A DNA stretch of 64,000 nt from an uncultured Acidobacteriota bacterium (GTDB taxonomy: Bacteria; Acidobacteriota; Terriglobia; UBA7540): assembly GCA_963810005.1 (NCBI GenBank), contig CAWELY010000011.1, positions 122,458 to 186,457 on the forward strand. The letters are read 5' to 3'. Under the pieces are notes generated by a model. It worked only from the letters and a program-made list of their open reading frames with translations. It searched no databases and was not told the DNA's origin. Shown here in pieces: positions 17,152-27,890 of the stretch (position 1 is its first letter; every line of letters starts with the position of its first letter). Made by a program: the position numbers and the translations under genes.

Positions 17152-18537
17152 ATGAAAAAATTGTGTCTGCTTCTCGGATTGTTCACGGTGTTTGCCGGAT
17201 TCGCTTGGGCAGGGGAGGACTACCCTTTGGGGCCGGACTCGCAGCGCCAACCGGGGGTGCCGCAAGGCACGGTGACGCATTACACCTGGAACAGCAAGAT
17301 TTATCCCGGCACGGTGCGCGACTATTGGGTTTATGTGCCGGCCCAATACGCCGCGGAAAAACCTGCGTGCGTGATGGTGTTCGAGGATGGCAAGAGTTAT
17401 ATGAGTGAAGACGGCCGGGCGCGCATCCCGATTGTGTTTGACAATCTCATTGCCAAGCACGACATGCCGGTGACTATCGCGATTCTGATTGATCCGGGTG
17501 TCCTGAAAGCGCTCGCCCCGGGCCAGCAAGACCGGGTCAACCGAAGCTACGAGTACGACGGCTTGAGCGACCGTTATGCGCGATTTTTGCTCGACGAGAT
17601 TCTCCCGGAGGTGGGGAAACACTATAACCTTTCCACGAATCCGAACGACGGGGCGATTTCCGGCGGAAGTTCGGGTGGAATCTGCTCCTTCACCGTTGCC
17701 TGGACGCATCCTGAGGCCTTTCGACGCGTGCTGAGCTTTATCGGCAGTTTCACCGATCTGCGCGGCGGCGACATTTATCCGGCGCTCATCCGCAAAACTG
17801 AGCCGAAGCCGTTGCGAGTTTTTCTACAGGACGGCAACCATGACCTCAACAACTTCGCGGGCGACTGGTGGATGGCCAATCAATCCATGGCGTCCGCGCT
17901 CACCTTCGCCGGATATGACGTCAAGTTTGTGACCGGGGACAAGGATCACGACATGATCCAGGGCGGAGCCATCATGCCGGACGCTTTGCGTTGGCTGTGG
18001 CGCGACTATCCCCAGCCGATTGCCAAGGCCGCCATGCATCCCCTGGGCGATTCGCACTCGGGGTTCGTGGAATTTGCTCCGGATTGGGAGGTGGTGAGCT
18101 CTGCGAGCCAATATCCGCCTGGAGTCCTTGCTCGTCTAAAACCGAATGGGGTTTGCTTGTCCCCCGACCGATCCATGCTTTACGTCAGTGACCCCGCGGG
18201 AAAGTGGGTATGGTCGTATCAAGTGCAAGGCGACGGCACTCTCGCCAACGAGGAGCCCTTCTTTCGTTTGGAGACTCTCGACGAATCTTCGGAAAGTGGC
18301 GCCTCCGGCATGGTGATGGATAGCCAGGGTCTTCTTTACGTGGCAACGCTCTTGGGGATTCAGGTTTGCGATCAGCAGGGAAGAGTGGTGGCGATCCTCA
18401 ATTGGCCGGAGCAGGCCGAGCCGTACATGGGCCCAGTTACCGGAGTCGCATTCGGCGGTCCGGACCATCAATACCTGTACGCTACGGTTGGGAACAAGGT
18501 TTTCCGCAAGCATCTGGTGCGGAAGGGCGGTTCGTGA
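17152..18537 (+). CDS. secreted esterase-family domain (enterochelin-esterase-like) fused to an SMP-30/gluconolactonase-like beta-propeller
   Basis: GGAGGAA precedes the ATG. Signal peptide MKKLCLLLGLFTVFAGFAWA. The GGSSGG serine-hydrolase motif lies in AISGGSSGGICSF. The C-terminal part is LYVSDPAGKWVWSY..GMVMDSQGLLYVAT..LYATVGNKVF. Confidence 0.7.
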   Translation: MKKLCLLLGLFTVFAGFAWAGEDYPLGPDSQRQPGVPQGTVTHYTWNSKIYPGTVRDYWVYVPAQYAAEKPACVMVFEDGKSYMSEDGRARIPIVFDNLIAKHDMPVTIAILIDPGVLKALAPGQQDRVNRSYEYDGLSDRYARFLLDEILPEVGKHYNLSTNPNDGAISGGSSGGICSFTVAWTHPEAFRRVLSFIGSFTDLRGGDIYPALIRKTEPKPLRVFLQDGNHDLNNFAGDWWMANQSMASALTFAGYDVKFVTGDKDHDMIQGGAIMPDALRWLWRDYPQPIAKAAMHPLGDSHSGFVEFAPDWEVVSSASQYPPGVLARLKPNGVCLSPDRSMLYVSDPAGKWVWSYQVQGDGTLANEEPFFRLETLDESSESGASGMVMDSQGLLYVATLLGIQVCDQQGRVVAILNWPEQAEPYMGPVTGVAFGGPDHQYLYATVGNKVFRKHLVRKGGS

Positions 18538-18570
18538 ACTGATCCTTTGGCGATAGATTTGCCGCACGCA

Positions 18571-18600
18571 CGTAGGGGCGGTTCGCGAACCGCCCTTACG
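18571..18600. repeat. palindrome CGTAGGGGCGGTTCGCGAACCGCCCTTACG downstream of the esterase gene
   Basis: Near-perfect 30-nt palindrome read directly. A sister element GGGCGCTTCGCGAAGCGCCC lies at 58633-58652. Confidence 0.55.
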
Positions 18601-18625
18601 CTGCAACTACCAGGAGGCCTTTAAT

Positions 18626-19648
18626 TTGAACAGCCGACAGCGGGTTAAATCCGCCATCAACTTTAATCATCCTGATCGTGCGCCCATCTCCCACGCGGTT
18701 CTTCCGGCGGCGCAGATCAAGTACGGTAAGGCGCTGGATGAAATCCTCACCGAATTCCGCGAAGATTTCGGCTGGGATTATATGCAGGACCTGCCAGTGG
18801 CAGATTTTCCGGCTGTTTACAAGCAGGGCAGGAACACCGACGATTTTGGCACGGTGTGGTTTTCCGAATGGCTGGGGGTTTGCGGCATTCCCATCGGATG
18901 GCCGATCCGCGATCTGGAGCACTACGAGGATTACCACTGGCCGGAGGTTTTCACCGCTGGGCCGCCTTCCGGAAGGCTCTACAGCGGCCACATGATGGGC
19001 TTTGATGATCGCTGGTACGCCCGCGGCGCGTGGATCACCTTCTTCGAGCAACTCCAGCAGTTGCGCGGTATGGAAAACTTCATGCTGGACATCGCCACCG
19101 AGTCCAGGGAGTTTTACCGGCTGCTCGACAACTTGCTGGATTTTCACCTGCGCTGGATCGACAAGTGGACCAGTCTAGAATATGACGGCCTCCATTTTGC
19201 CGACGACTGGGGCGGCCAAACCTCGCTGATCATCAAGCCGGAAACGTGGCGGCGGATTTTCAAGCCGCGCTATGCGGAAATGTTCAAGCGGACTCGCGAC
19301 AAGGGAATGGACGTCTGGTATCACACCGACGGGCAGGTGCGCGACATCTTTGGTGATCTAATCGAAATCGGCGTGCAGGTGATCAATTGCCAGGTGCCGG
19401 TGGTGGGGCATGAGTGGATCGCCAGGAACATTCGCGGGCGCGTGGCCATTCGCACCGATATTGACCGTCAGCGCGTCATGCCTTTTGGCTCGACGTCGGA
19501 AGTGAAGGAAGAAGTGCACCGGACCTTTGAGGTGTGCGGGTCGTCGAAGGGCGGCATCGTCGCCTGCGGCGAAGTCGGACCCGACGTGCCGCTTGCGAAT
19601 ATCCGCGCCATGTATGAAGCGTTCCGTGAGTATGGAACATACACCTGA
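18626..19648 (+). CDS. uroporphyrinogen-decarboxylase (URO-D) superfamily protein
   Basis: 340-aa intact ORF with a non-ATG start in the track. It has URO-D/MtaA-like segments (GLHFADDWGGQTSLIIKPETWRRIFKPRY, VWYHTDGQV, GGIVACGEVGPDVPLANI). Confidence 0.65.
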   Translation: MNSRQRVKSAINFNHPDRAPISHAVLPAAQIKYGKALDEILTEFREDFGWDYMQDLPVADFPAVYKQGRNTDDFGTVWFSEWLGVCGIPIGWPIRDLEHYEDYHWPEVFTAGPPSGRLYSGHMMGFDDRWYARGAWITFFEQLQQLRGMENFMLDIATESREFYRLLDNLLDFHLRWIDKWTSLEYDGLHFADDWGGQTSLIIKPETWRRIFKPRYAEMFKRTRDKGMDVWYHTDGQVRDIFGDLIEIGVQVINCQVPVVGHEWIARNIRGRVAIRTDIDRQRVMPFGSTSEVKEEVHRTFEVCGSSKGGIVACGEVGPDVPLANIRAMYEAFREYGTYT

Positions 19649-19682
19649 TGACTCTCACCGCTGAGGCGCGGAGACGCGGAGA

Positions 19683-19850
19683 AGTAAAAGAAAGTCAAAA
19701 GGCAAAGTGCAAAAGTCAAAAGTCAAAAGTGAAAGACCGTGCGTTCCCAAATCCTTTCCTTGAGGCGTGGAGACCGGACTAAAGGTAAGGATTTTGGAAC
19801 GTCTGGTTTTTACTTTTGCCTTTTGCACTTTGCGTTTTGCCTTTTGACTT
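19683..19850. repeat. heptamer word array hairpin (AAAGTCA words) between convergent genes
   Basis: The left arm is AAAGTCA AAAGGCA AAGTGCA AAAGTCA AAAGTCA AAAGTGA. The right arm is the complement (TTTTACTTTTGCCTTTTGCACTTTGCGTTTTGCCTTTTGACTT). The spacer holds its own small inverted repeat (CCCAAATCCTT / AAGGATTTTGG). Confidence 0.7.
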
Positions 19851-19894
19851 GTTCTTGTTCCTCCGTGCCGATGCGTCTCCTCGGTGAGCCGCCC

Positions 19895-20659
19895 CTACTT
19901 CACAAATCGAATCACGCCAAACGACCACGGAGAGTGGAACGTGTGGGTATCACTCTGAACGAAGCTCCAGGAAAGAAAGCGCCGTTGGGTATCGTCTCCC
20001 GGACCGTCACAGCGAAAGAAGTTGATTCGCCAGTCGGTATTGGCCTCCAACGGCTTCGTTCCTTTCAAACCGGCTATCGGTATGCGCAGCTCACAAGTCC
20101 ACACGTGGTTCTTGCCGTCGACGTGCGTCGCGTGCTCGAACCCGGAATCCCAATTAGGATTGCCGAAGGGTTTCTTGTCGAGGTCGATCTCCAGATCGAT
20201 CCAAAGGTTGTTGGGCGCCACTTCAAACTCGTAGTAGTGTCTCAAGCGTTCGGGTTGGGGATTCAAGAATACCTCCACCACGTCGCGGTCCCAGAGCGTC
20301 CAGAAATCCTTGCTGGGATCCTTGCCCTCGTACAAGTTCAAAGTCGTGTATTGGCAGCGGTAGGCGATGTAAACGTAAGCTGGCGTCCAAAGTGAAGCGA
20401 TCTCGGTGGCGGATTGCGGGAAGGTGACCGGCTTGAAAGCGTCATGCTCAACCTTGACCCAGGACGCGCCGCGCCACACGGGCTTATCGAGATTGCCGTC
20501 GGGGACATAATCCTGGACCGTAAATTTGGAGATGAACTGGGAGTTGCTGATATAGGATTGGGGGTCCGAACCAGGAGCTTTCGCAGCTTCCACCATCAGA
20601 GTGCCTCCCAAGACAATAATGAGGACAACAAAACCGGCGAACTGTTTTCGACAGGACAT
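19895..20659 (-). CDS. membrane-anchored/secreted carbohydrate-binding family 9 (CBM9/DOMON-like) protein
   Basis: ATG at 20659 after GGAGG. MSCRKQFAGFVVLIIVLGG.. is the anchor. The CBM9-like pattern is LWTPAYVYIAYRC..LWDRDVVEVFLNP...HYYEFEVAPNN..WTCELRIPI..WRINFFRCDG. Confidence 0.6.
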   Translation of the reverse strand: MSCRKQFAGFVVLIIVLGGTLMVEAAKAPGSDPQSYISNSQFISKFTVQDYVPDGNLDKPVWRGASWVKVEHDAFKPVTFPQSATEIASLWTPAYVYIAYRCQYTTLNLYEGKDPSKDFWTLWDRDVVEVFLNPQPERLRHYYEFEVAPNNLWIDLEIDLDKKPFGNPNWDSGFEHATHVDGKNHVWTCELRIPIAGLKGTKPLEANTDWRINFFRCDGPGDDTQRRFLSWSFVQSDTHTFHSPWSFGVIRFVK

Positions 20660-20919
20660 CAACAACCTCCTCGGTGGGCTGGATGTGTGCGCAAGAAACC
20701 GCCCATTATGGCGGACGGTGCAAGAATTCACAACGGGATTCGACCCTGGACATGGTGCTGCCCTAATTTCGGGCGTAGCGCCGGGCTTCACCCCGGCACG
20801 TGCCGTCCTAAAGGGCGGCGCTACGTTCCAATGAGGACACTACCCGGGAAATAAGCGTGTTGACTCTCTGGGGAAGGAAAACTAAGCTGGCACGGTTGCC
20901 TTGCGAAGAGGAGGAGAGC

Positions 20920-22146
20920 ATGAGTTTCTGGAGTCGAAGGCAGTGGTTGCGCGGCGCTGTTGCGGCAATGGTGGGAAGCCGCGCGGGTGTGTCGCCCCGG
21001 CCGGCGCGGGCGGGGGCAAGCCCCGGGAAATCCGCGGAGGAACGCAAATCGGCGCTGGACCTGAATGATTTCGCGCCCCGGAGCATGCTCCACGTACCGG
21101 CGACAAAGGTTCCGCGCTCGAAGTTCCCGGTGATTGACGTTCATACCCACCTGTCCTTCCAGGCCGCAGGCCAGCATGGGGTTGACCTTGGAGAAAAGAT
21201 GACGTACCCAATGCCGCCGGAGGAAATTTTGGCGGTTATGGATCGCAAAAACCTTCGTACCATGGTGGACCTTACGGGCGGACACGGCCAAGGCTTGGTC
21301 GAAGTCATCGCGAAGTGGCAGACCGCCTATCCGGGGCGCTTCCTGGTGTTTACCGAACCGTGGTGGGAGCGGACGAATGAGCCCGGCTACGCCCAATTCC
21401 AGGCGGATGAGATCGAGCGTGCCCACCAGGCCGGCGCCAAGGGATTAAAGGTGCTGAAAACGCTGGGGCTGTACTTGCGCGAGAATGTTACCACGGGGAA
21501 TCTGGTGAAGCTGGACGATCGGCGCTTTGATCCGATGTGGGAAGCCTGTGGCGCGTTCGGCATGCCCGTGTCGATTCACACTTCCGACCCCGACGCGTTT
21601 TTCCTGCCCATCGACCGCTTCAATGAGCGGTTCGAAGAGTTGAACAACCATCCCAGTTGGTCGTTCTACGGCCACGACTTTCCCGGCAAAATGGATTTGC
21701 TCGAGGCGCGCAACCGCGTGTTTGCCCGCCACCCCAAGACGCAGTTCATTGCCTTGCACGTCGGGAATCGGGGAGAAGACTTGGGCTACGTTTCCGAATG
21801 CCTGGACCGCTTGCCCAACATGCACGTCGAGACGGCCGCGCGGCTCAACGAACTCGGCCGGCAGCCGCGCCAGGCGCGCAAATTCTTCGAAAAGTATCAG
21901 GACCGCATCATGATGGGAACGGACGCGATTCCGCACGGCATGGAGACTCCGCAGCAGATTTTCGGCGATGAGCTTTACGAGATCTATTTCCGCTTCCTGG
22001 AGACGGAAGACGAGTATTTCGACTATGCCCCGGCGCCGGTTCCTCCCCAGGGGCGCTGGAGAATCTCCGGCCTGGGCCTGCCGGACGAAATTCTGCGCAA
22101 GGTCTATTACCAAAATGCCGCGCGCCTGCTGAATCTGGGTTCGTGA
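20920..22146 (+). CDS. metal-dependent amidohydrolase (amidohydrolase_2 TIM-barrel family) with Tat-like signal
   Basis: GAGGAGGAG precedes the ATG at 20920. MSFWSRRQWLRGAVAAMVG is a twin-arginine signal, followed by VIDVHTHL and the later motifs IHTSDP, ALHVGN and GTDA. Confidence 0.8.
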   Translation: MSFWSRRQWLRGAVAAMVGSRAGVSPRPARAGASPGKSAEERKSALDLNDFAPRSMLHVPATKVPRSKFPVIDVHTHLSFQAAGQHGVDLGEKMTYPMPPEEILAVMDRKNLRTMVDLTGGHGQGLVEVIAKWQTAYPGRFLVFTEPWWERTNEPGYAQFQADEIERAHQAGAKGLKVLKTLGLYLRENVTTGNLVKLDDRRFDPMWEACGAFGMPVSIHTSDPDAFFLPIDRFNERFEELNNHPSWSFYGHDFPGKMDLLEARNRVFARHPKTQFIALHVGNRGEDLGYVSECLDRLPNMHVETAARLNELGRQPRQARKFFEKYQDRIMMGTDAIPHGMETPQQIFGDELYEIYFRFLETEDEYFDYAPAPVPPQGRWRISGLGLPDEILRKVYYQNAARLLNLGS

Positions 22147-22186
22147 CCCGCAAGCGCTAACTCAATTGAAAAACAGCCAGTTAGGT

Positions 22187-22260
22187 TGGCTGGGAGGCAG
22201 GGATTCGAACCCCGATACGCAGATCCAGAGTCTGCAGTCCTACCGTTAGACGACCTCCCA
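22187..22260 (-). tRNA. tRNA-Gln: tRNA-Gln (anticodon CTG), 74 nt with encoded CCA
   Basis: The reverse complement is TGGGAGGTCGTCTAACGGTAGGACTGCAGACTCTGGATCTGCGTATCGGGGTTCGAATCCCTGCCTCCCAGCCA. It has a 7-bp acceptor stem, an anticodon stem GCAGA/TCTGC with loop CTCTGGA, and a GTTCGAATC T-loop. Confidence 0.9.
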
Positions 22261-22360
22261 GTGAGGCGTCATTATAGAAGTAAACGGGCGGCCACGCGCT
22301 TGTCAAGGCTTCTTTTCTAAACTCCTTGACGCGCATTGCCGGGCAAGATAGGCAGGGTGC

Positions 22361-23506
22361 TCAGAACAATCGGAAGCTGACTTCCACCATGACTCGCACC
22401 GGCACCGGCGTGCCGTTTCTCAGGGCAGGTTTGAACTTCCACGTCCTTACGGTTTCGACCGCTTTTTCATCCAAGCCGAGACCGAGGGGCTTTACGACTC
22501 GGCAATCCGTGACGGCCCCGGAGGCATCGACGATGATCCACAGCACGACCGTGCCCTGGTACTTCGCCTTGCGAGCTTCCTCGGAGTACGCGGGATCGGG
22601 CTTGTAAATGGGGATCGGCGCGCTCACGCCGCCCCCCACGCTATAAACTCCGCCGCCCACGCCGCCACCTTCGCCGGGACCAAGGCCGCCGCCTTTGCCG
22701 GAACCAATTCCCCCGCCTTCTCCGCTGCCGATGCCGCCGCCAAATCCCGGGCCGTTCGAGGGGGGGCCGACCACTCCGTTGGGATCACCCCAATGGCATG
22801 TTGGCAGCTCATTTGCGGGAGCTTCAATTCCGGCGGCCCCAGCAGCGTAGGCGCAACCTGAAGCTGCGGGTTCGGTGTTGGGAATCACCGCCATGGGCGG
22901 CGCGAGCTGCATCTTGGCAAACTTGGGAATGGCGCCTTTCGACGCCGGGGTCGGCGAGCGATCTCCACCGCCTCCACCGCCTCCGGCCTTCTTGCCTCTC
23001 GGTCGGGAGTCAATCGGCCGAGGTAGGGTGAGATATCCACGACCTCGGTTCTGGTGGCGGCCTTCACGGGCTGCCACATGCGGGAGAGGATGTAGGGCAG
23101 CAACAGGAGGGTCAGGGCGATGGTGTGCACCAGCACGGAATTGACCCAGGAGCCGCTTGCATCCGATAGTCGCGCCAAATGTCGGGAGGGTACGGCCGGT
23201 TCTTAAAGATCAGCGAGCCCGCCAGTTCGCCCAGGGCAAACCCGGCGATCACTCCCATGAAGCAGGCCGGCGTCTCGCCGCCAGAACCAGCCGCCCGCTC
23301 CCAAGACCATGGCAAGCGCGAACGCGACAAAGCGCGCGCTTTTCCTGCTGCCCATAGTTGTAAATTCCGATCGGGTCGCGAGGCTTTTCAAATGCCACCT
23401 TGATCTGGGAGGGGAGATCCATGAACCACGGGCGCATGTCCGTGGCCGGCAGCTTGGCTTCGCCGCGATAGTATTGCGCGGGCACCGTCACCTTCGGCTC
23501 GCGCAA
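22361..23506 (-). pseudogene. TonB-family energy transducer, N-terminal half frameshifted several times
   Basis: The C-terminal TonB domain is intact (PIYKPDPAYSEEARKAKYQGTVVLWIIVDASGAVTDCRVVKPLGLGLDEKAVETVRTWKFKPA). A Gly/Pro-rich linker precedes it. The TM segment SWVNSVLVHTIALTLLLLPYIL (ORF 22885-23178) and upstream pieces lie in other frames. Confidence 0.7.
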
Positions 23507-23947
23507 CCAGTCGCGAATCTGCCGGAATGCGGAAACGAAGAGCGAGGGGGGCTCGACAGAGTGTGACTTTGAATCGCGCGTCCACGGCGGGTGCGGTTCT
23601 TGGGCGGCATCTTTTCCGGGCCGACTTCAACCTGAAGGTTGCTGGTTGACATTAACCTTTGTTCCCATTCCTCGGGCGAATCTTACGCCCGGGCGCGAGG
23701 CTTTGCCTAACCCTTTACATTTACAATTGATGGCGGACGGCGCAACTGGGTTGTATCGACTAGGGCTTCGCTGTTCGTCCGCTACGACCTTTTTTCATAC
23801 TACCACATCAAGCGCGCGGTGATAAAGCCCAAGGGCCCGATAGGGTGAATCCTGCACCAGACCTTTATTGACTTGCTTGAGATACACGCGCCGACTTGAT
23901 ACACTGTTCATTCGACTTCATTTCAAATTGCGGACGGTCAACCTCTT

Positions 23948-24848
23948 ATGCCAGCACGAGCCAGTTTCCTTGATCCGTTGGAGCCAGCCAATGGCGAGCA
24001 CGGCAAGCTTTACGTCGTCGGCACTCCGATTGGAAATCTTGAGGACATCACCCTGCGCGCCATTCGTATCCTCAAAGAGGTGGACCTGATTGCCTGCGAG
24101 GACACTCGCCGCACGCAGAAACTCCTGAATGCTTACAAGATTCAGACGCGCACCGTGAGTTACCACGAGCACAATGAAATGACGCGCGCGCCCGAGCTGG
24201 TTATCCAGATGGAAGAGGGCAGCAGCATTGCCCTGGTCACGGACGCCGGCATGCCCGTGGTGTCAGACCCGGGCTTCCGGCTGGTGCACCTCGCCGTTCG
24301 CCATAGCATTCCCGTGATTCCCGTGCCCGGCGCGTCGGCCTTTGTGGCGGCGCTGGCGGCTTCCGGATTGCCCGTGGATAAGTTCCGTTTCCTGGGGTTC
24401 CTGCCGAGCAAGAAGGGCGAGCGCCGAAAGGCTTTGGAGGAACTCAAAGACGCCACCCGGACGCTGGTCTTCTACGAGGCGCCGCATCGCTTGCTGGAGA
24501 TGCTTAAGGACGCGCGGGAAATCCTCGGCGAGCGGGAAATCGTTGTGGCCAGGGAAGTGACCAAGGTCCACGAGGAGTTCCTGCGCGGAACCATCGGCAC
24601 CACCCTCGAGAATTTGAAGAAGCGGCCGGCGAAGGGCGAAATCACCGTGCTGATTGGCCTGCACGCCGTATCGGAGGCTAACGAAGCCGCCTCGCCGCGC
24701 GGCGTCCATCATATCGGAAATCCAGGCGGTCATGGCGGAGCGCAAGGTCGATGAGCGAGCCGCTTTGAAGATTGTGGCCCGCGCCCGCGGCGTCTCCAAG
24801 AGCGAAGCCTACCGCCTGCTGCAAGCGGAGAAGAACCGCAAGAAGTAG
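23948..24848 (+). pseudogene. rsmI: 16S rRNA (cytidine1402-2'-O)-methyltransferase RsmI, one frameshift near 24650-24700
   Basis: GKLYVVGTPIGNLEDITLRAIRILKEVDLIACEDTRRTQKLL..., then LVTDAGMPVVSDPG. The C-terminal tail (SIISEIQAVMAERKVDERAALKIVARARGVSKSEAY) is in ORF 24654-24848. Confidence 0.85.
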
Positions 24849-25054
24849 CCCAGATTCCACATTCCCCGGTAGTAGCGTAGCTTGGTCCGTGATCGCCCGG
24901 ACGGGCCGCGTATTCCATCCATTTTCGTCCAAAAAACGCCGACTGATCGGTGTACAATTTGCCAGTGTCTCCTGCGTTTTCATGCACATAATCGGTTCAT
25001 TCTTCATTTTTAACATCTTTTTGTATCGATGCCTGACTTTTGACCTGGCTCGGC

Positions 25055-25401
25055 CTAACTTCCCTCGGCGCTATACATGGGAAGGGTGGCTCCCATGAAG
25101 CGAACTCCTACGCGGTAGAATTCCTCGTTTTCTTTGCTGGCCCGGACGACGGTGGCTTCGGTGAAGAAATCCGTGGGTCCCGCGCTGGGCCGCGTCGGGC
25201 CGCGCCCGGGGATAACGATGGTGAGAGCGGCAAAGATGGCCAAATTGCGGTTGGTGAGAAAGGAGAGTCCGCGCCGGCTCACTTCCAGCGAGGTGGTGGC
25301 ATCGTCGTACTCCCGGCCTAACGCGTCCAGCCCTCGCACCCGGATGGGGATGGCCGCTTCGACCCGGCGCTGACTTCTTCTTTCCTCCTGACGATCTCCA
25401 T
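25055..25401 (-). pseudogene. PilZ-domain protein, probable frameshift just after the start
   Basis: RRVEAAIPIRVRGLDALGREYDDATTSLEVSRRGLSFLTNRNLAIFAALTIVIP is PilZ-like. The only nearby ATG (25401, MEIVRRKEE..) is 1 nt out of frame. The gene lies 18 nt downstream of dusB. Confidence 0.5.
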
Positions 25402-25419
25402 CAAGGTCACCTTGCCTTT

Positions 25420-26430
25420 TCAGGAGGCGATTGCCGCTTCCGAGCGGCCCGGGTGGGCGGCGAGCGAGGCGAAGAACGCGTCCACGCGCTCTAGCACTTC
25501 GCCGGTTTCGCGCGCGCTTTGCACTTGCCGTCGCAATTCCGTTCCGTTGCGCACGCCGTGCGTAAACCAGCTTGCAAATTGCTTCATCTTGCCGATGGCG
25601 CCGGGAATTTCCTCGGCGACCAGCATGGAGTAGTAAGTGCGAATCAGTTCGTAGCGGTCGGCGTCGGCCGGTTCGCGGTACGCGCCCGTGGCGAAGAATT
25701 CCGCCAGTTGGCGGAAGATCCAGGGATTGGAGGCGGCCGCGCGCCCGATCATCACCGCGTCGCAGCCGGTCTGTTCGTGCAGCGCCAGGGCGTCCTGGGG
25801 CTTGAACACGTCGCCGTTGCCGATCACGGGAATGCGCACGGCTTGCTTGACCTGCTGGATGATTTCCCAACGCGCCCGGCCGCTGAAGCCCTGCACGCGG
25901 GTGCGCGGATGGATGGCCAAAGCTTCCACGCCGCAGTCCTCCGCCAGGCGCGCCACTTGCAAGGCCACAATTTCCTCATCGCTCCAGCCGGAGCGGAGTT
26001 TGATGGTGAAGGGAATCTTGACGGCGGCGCGAATGGCGCGCAGGATTTTTTCCAGCAACGGCAGGTCGCGCAGCAGTCCGGAGCCGCCGCATTTCACCAC
26101 TTTCTTGGCGGGGCAACCCAGGTTCAGGTCCACCAGGTCAAATCCCAGGTCTTCGATTTGGCGCGCCGCGTCGGCCAGGTGCGCCGGGTCAGCGCCGAAA
26201 ATCTGCGCGCTGATGGGCCGCTCTTCCTCCGTGTAATACAGATAGCGTTGCGAACGGAAATTCTGGCGAATCATGCCCTCGCTGGAAACAAACTCCGTCA
26301 TGATCAGCCCGCAACCGCCCAGGCGCTTGATGAAGCGGCGGAAAACCGTGTCGGTAATGCCCGCCATGGGCGCCAGGATGTGCGCCGGCCGGATGACCAC
26401 GTCGCGAATGTGAAGGTCTTGAAATACCAT
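25420..26430 (-). CDS. dusB: tRNA-dihydrouridine synthase (DusB-like)
   Basis: 336-aa intact ORF with LAPMAGITDTVFRRFIKRLGGCGLIMTEFVSSEG..., DLNLGCPAKKV and HPRTR. Confidence 0.9.
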   Translation of the reverse strand: MVFQDLHIRDVVIRPAHILAPMAGITDTVFRRFIKRLGGCGLIMTEFVSSEGMIRQNFRSQRYLYYTEEERPISAQIFGADPAHLADAARQIEDLGFDLVDLNLGCPAKKVVKCGGSGLLRDLPLLEKILRAIRAAVKIPFTIKLRSGWSDEEIVALQVARLAEDCGVEALAIHPRTRVQGFSGRARWEIIQQVKQAVRIPVIGNGDVFKPQDALALHEQTGCDAVMIGRAAASNPWIFRQLAEFFATGAYREPADADRYELIRTYYSMLVAEEIPGAIGKMKQFASWFTHGVRNGTELRRQVQSARETGEVLERVDAFFASLAAHPGRSEAAIAS

Positions 26431-26619
26431 TTTGTGCTTCCCCGAACCTTGCCGCCGAAATGCGCAACGCGCTGGCGGCCAGATTGCTCGTGCCCCCCCC
26501 CCGCAACCTCTAACCTAGCTAGGCTAACCACAGGAAGGCATTAGTCAAGCGAAGCTTCTCGGCGGGGGGGTGGCTGACTCCTCGCTGCCTGCTGACTCAA
26601 CCCAGCGCGCCGTGAAAGC

Positions 26620-27817
26620 TCATCCGGCGAAAAGGCGGCGGGCCATGGCTTCACGCTCCTTCAGGCCGGCGCCCTCGAACTCGCTTACCACCTGTTCCAG
26701 CAGACTAGGAACATCAAGGCCCTGCGGGCACTTCTGGACGCAATCCCGGCAGTGCGAACACAGCGATGCATAGGCCGGCTGGCCCGCCACATCCCTCCCA
26801 TGCGCAGTACGTAAAGGAACGCGGCCTGCTGCTTCATGACCGAAGGTGTGAAAGGCGTTGAACAACGAAAAGCATTCGGGGATATTGACGCCCGAGGGGC
26901 ATGGCTGGCAGTACCCGCAGCCCGTGCAGCCAACCTTCATGATTTCGCGGTATTTCCTGCCCACTCTCGCGATCAGGCCGACATCCGCACCGGTGAGCGA
27001 ATCCGGGCGGGCGTCCTCCGCGATCTTGAGATTCTCTTCTCACCTGTGCCTCATCGTTCATCCCCGACAGAACTACGGTCACTTCCGGGTGGTTCCAAAC
27101 CCATCGCAGGGCCCACTCGGCGGGAGTCCGGCGGCTTCGCCGCTTCCTGCCAGAGGGCTTCGATCGGTCAGGTGGTTGGGGAGAAGCGGCCAGCGCGCCG
27201 CCGCGCAGGGGCTCCATCACGATCACGCCCAGGCCCTTCGCCGCGGCGTATTTCAGCCCCTCGGTGCCGGCCTGGTTATCCTCGTCGAGGTAGTTATATT
27301 GAATCTGGCAGAACTCCCACGGATAGGCGTCAACGATGCGTTTAAAATCCTCCCGGAGCCCGTGGAATGAGAAGCCCGCGTTGGCAATTCGCCCGTCCGC
27401 CCGAGCCTGGTCGAGAAACTCCGCAACGCCGAGCGCCGCCACTCGGTCCCAAGTGGTTCCATTCAGCGAGTGGACCAAGTAGTAGTCGAGGCGCGAGGTG
27501 GCAAGTTTCTTGAGCTGCGCATCGAGAAAGCGGTCCATGTCGGCACGGTTGCGGACGAGCCAGGCGGGCAGCTTGGTGGCGAGTTTCACCCGCTCGCGAT
27601 ATCCGCCGGCGAGGGCTCGGCCGACAAACGGTTCGCTTTCACCTCCATGATACGGCCAAGCCGTATCGATATAGTTCACTCCGTGATCGATGGCGTAGCG
27701 GATCTGGCGTGCCGCCCGCTCTTCGTCGATCCGGTCGTTCTTCTGCGCCAGACGCATGCAGCCGAATCCCAGGATCGACAATTCGTCGCCCGTCTTCGTC
27801 ACCTTCCTGTAGAGCAT
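26620..27817 (-). pseudogene. aldo/keto reductase with C-terminal 4Fe-4S ferredoxin-type domain, frameshifted
   Basis: The N-terminus MLYRKVTKTGDELSILGFGCMRL..IDTAWPYHGGESE is AKR-like. The C-terminal piece in ORF 26620-26964 carries CTGCGYCQPCP and CSHCRDCVQKCP. Frames break between about 27200 and 26960. Confidence 0.8.
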
Positions 27818-27890
27818 CGCTTTTCCTCTCCGTTAAAAGACTCAAATTGATGCCACGGTCCCCCCGCCCCGATATCACATCCTGAAGGCT

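Noticed and set aside
15138-17709. Long minus-strand ORFs 15138-16298 (386 aa) and 16180-17709 (509 aa)
   Set aside because: They lie antisense to the well-supported Fe-S CCG, DUF3501 and esterase genes. Their Arg/Gly/His-rich composition is typical of shadow frames.
22624-22830. Gly-rich periodic segment (GGIGSGEGGGIGSGKGGGLGPGEGGGVGGG) as a DNA repeat element
   Set aside because: It lies inside the TonB linker region, where low-complexity Pro/Gly spacers are normal. It is treated as part of the gene.
22187-23600. tRNA-Gln as an integration site for a genomic island
   Set aside because: No integrase, direct repeat of the tRNA 3' end, or compositional shift is visible next to the tRNA.
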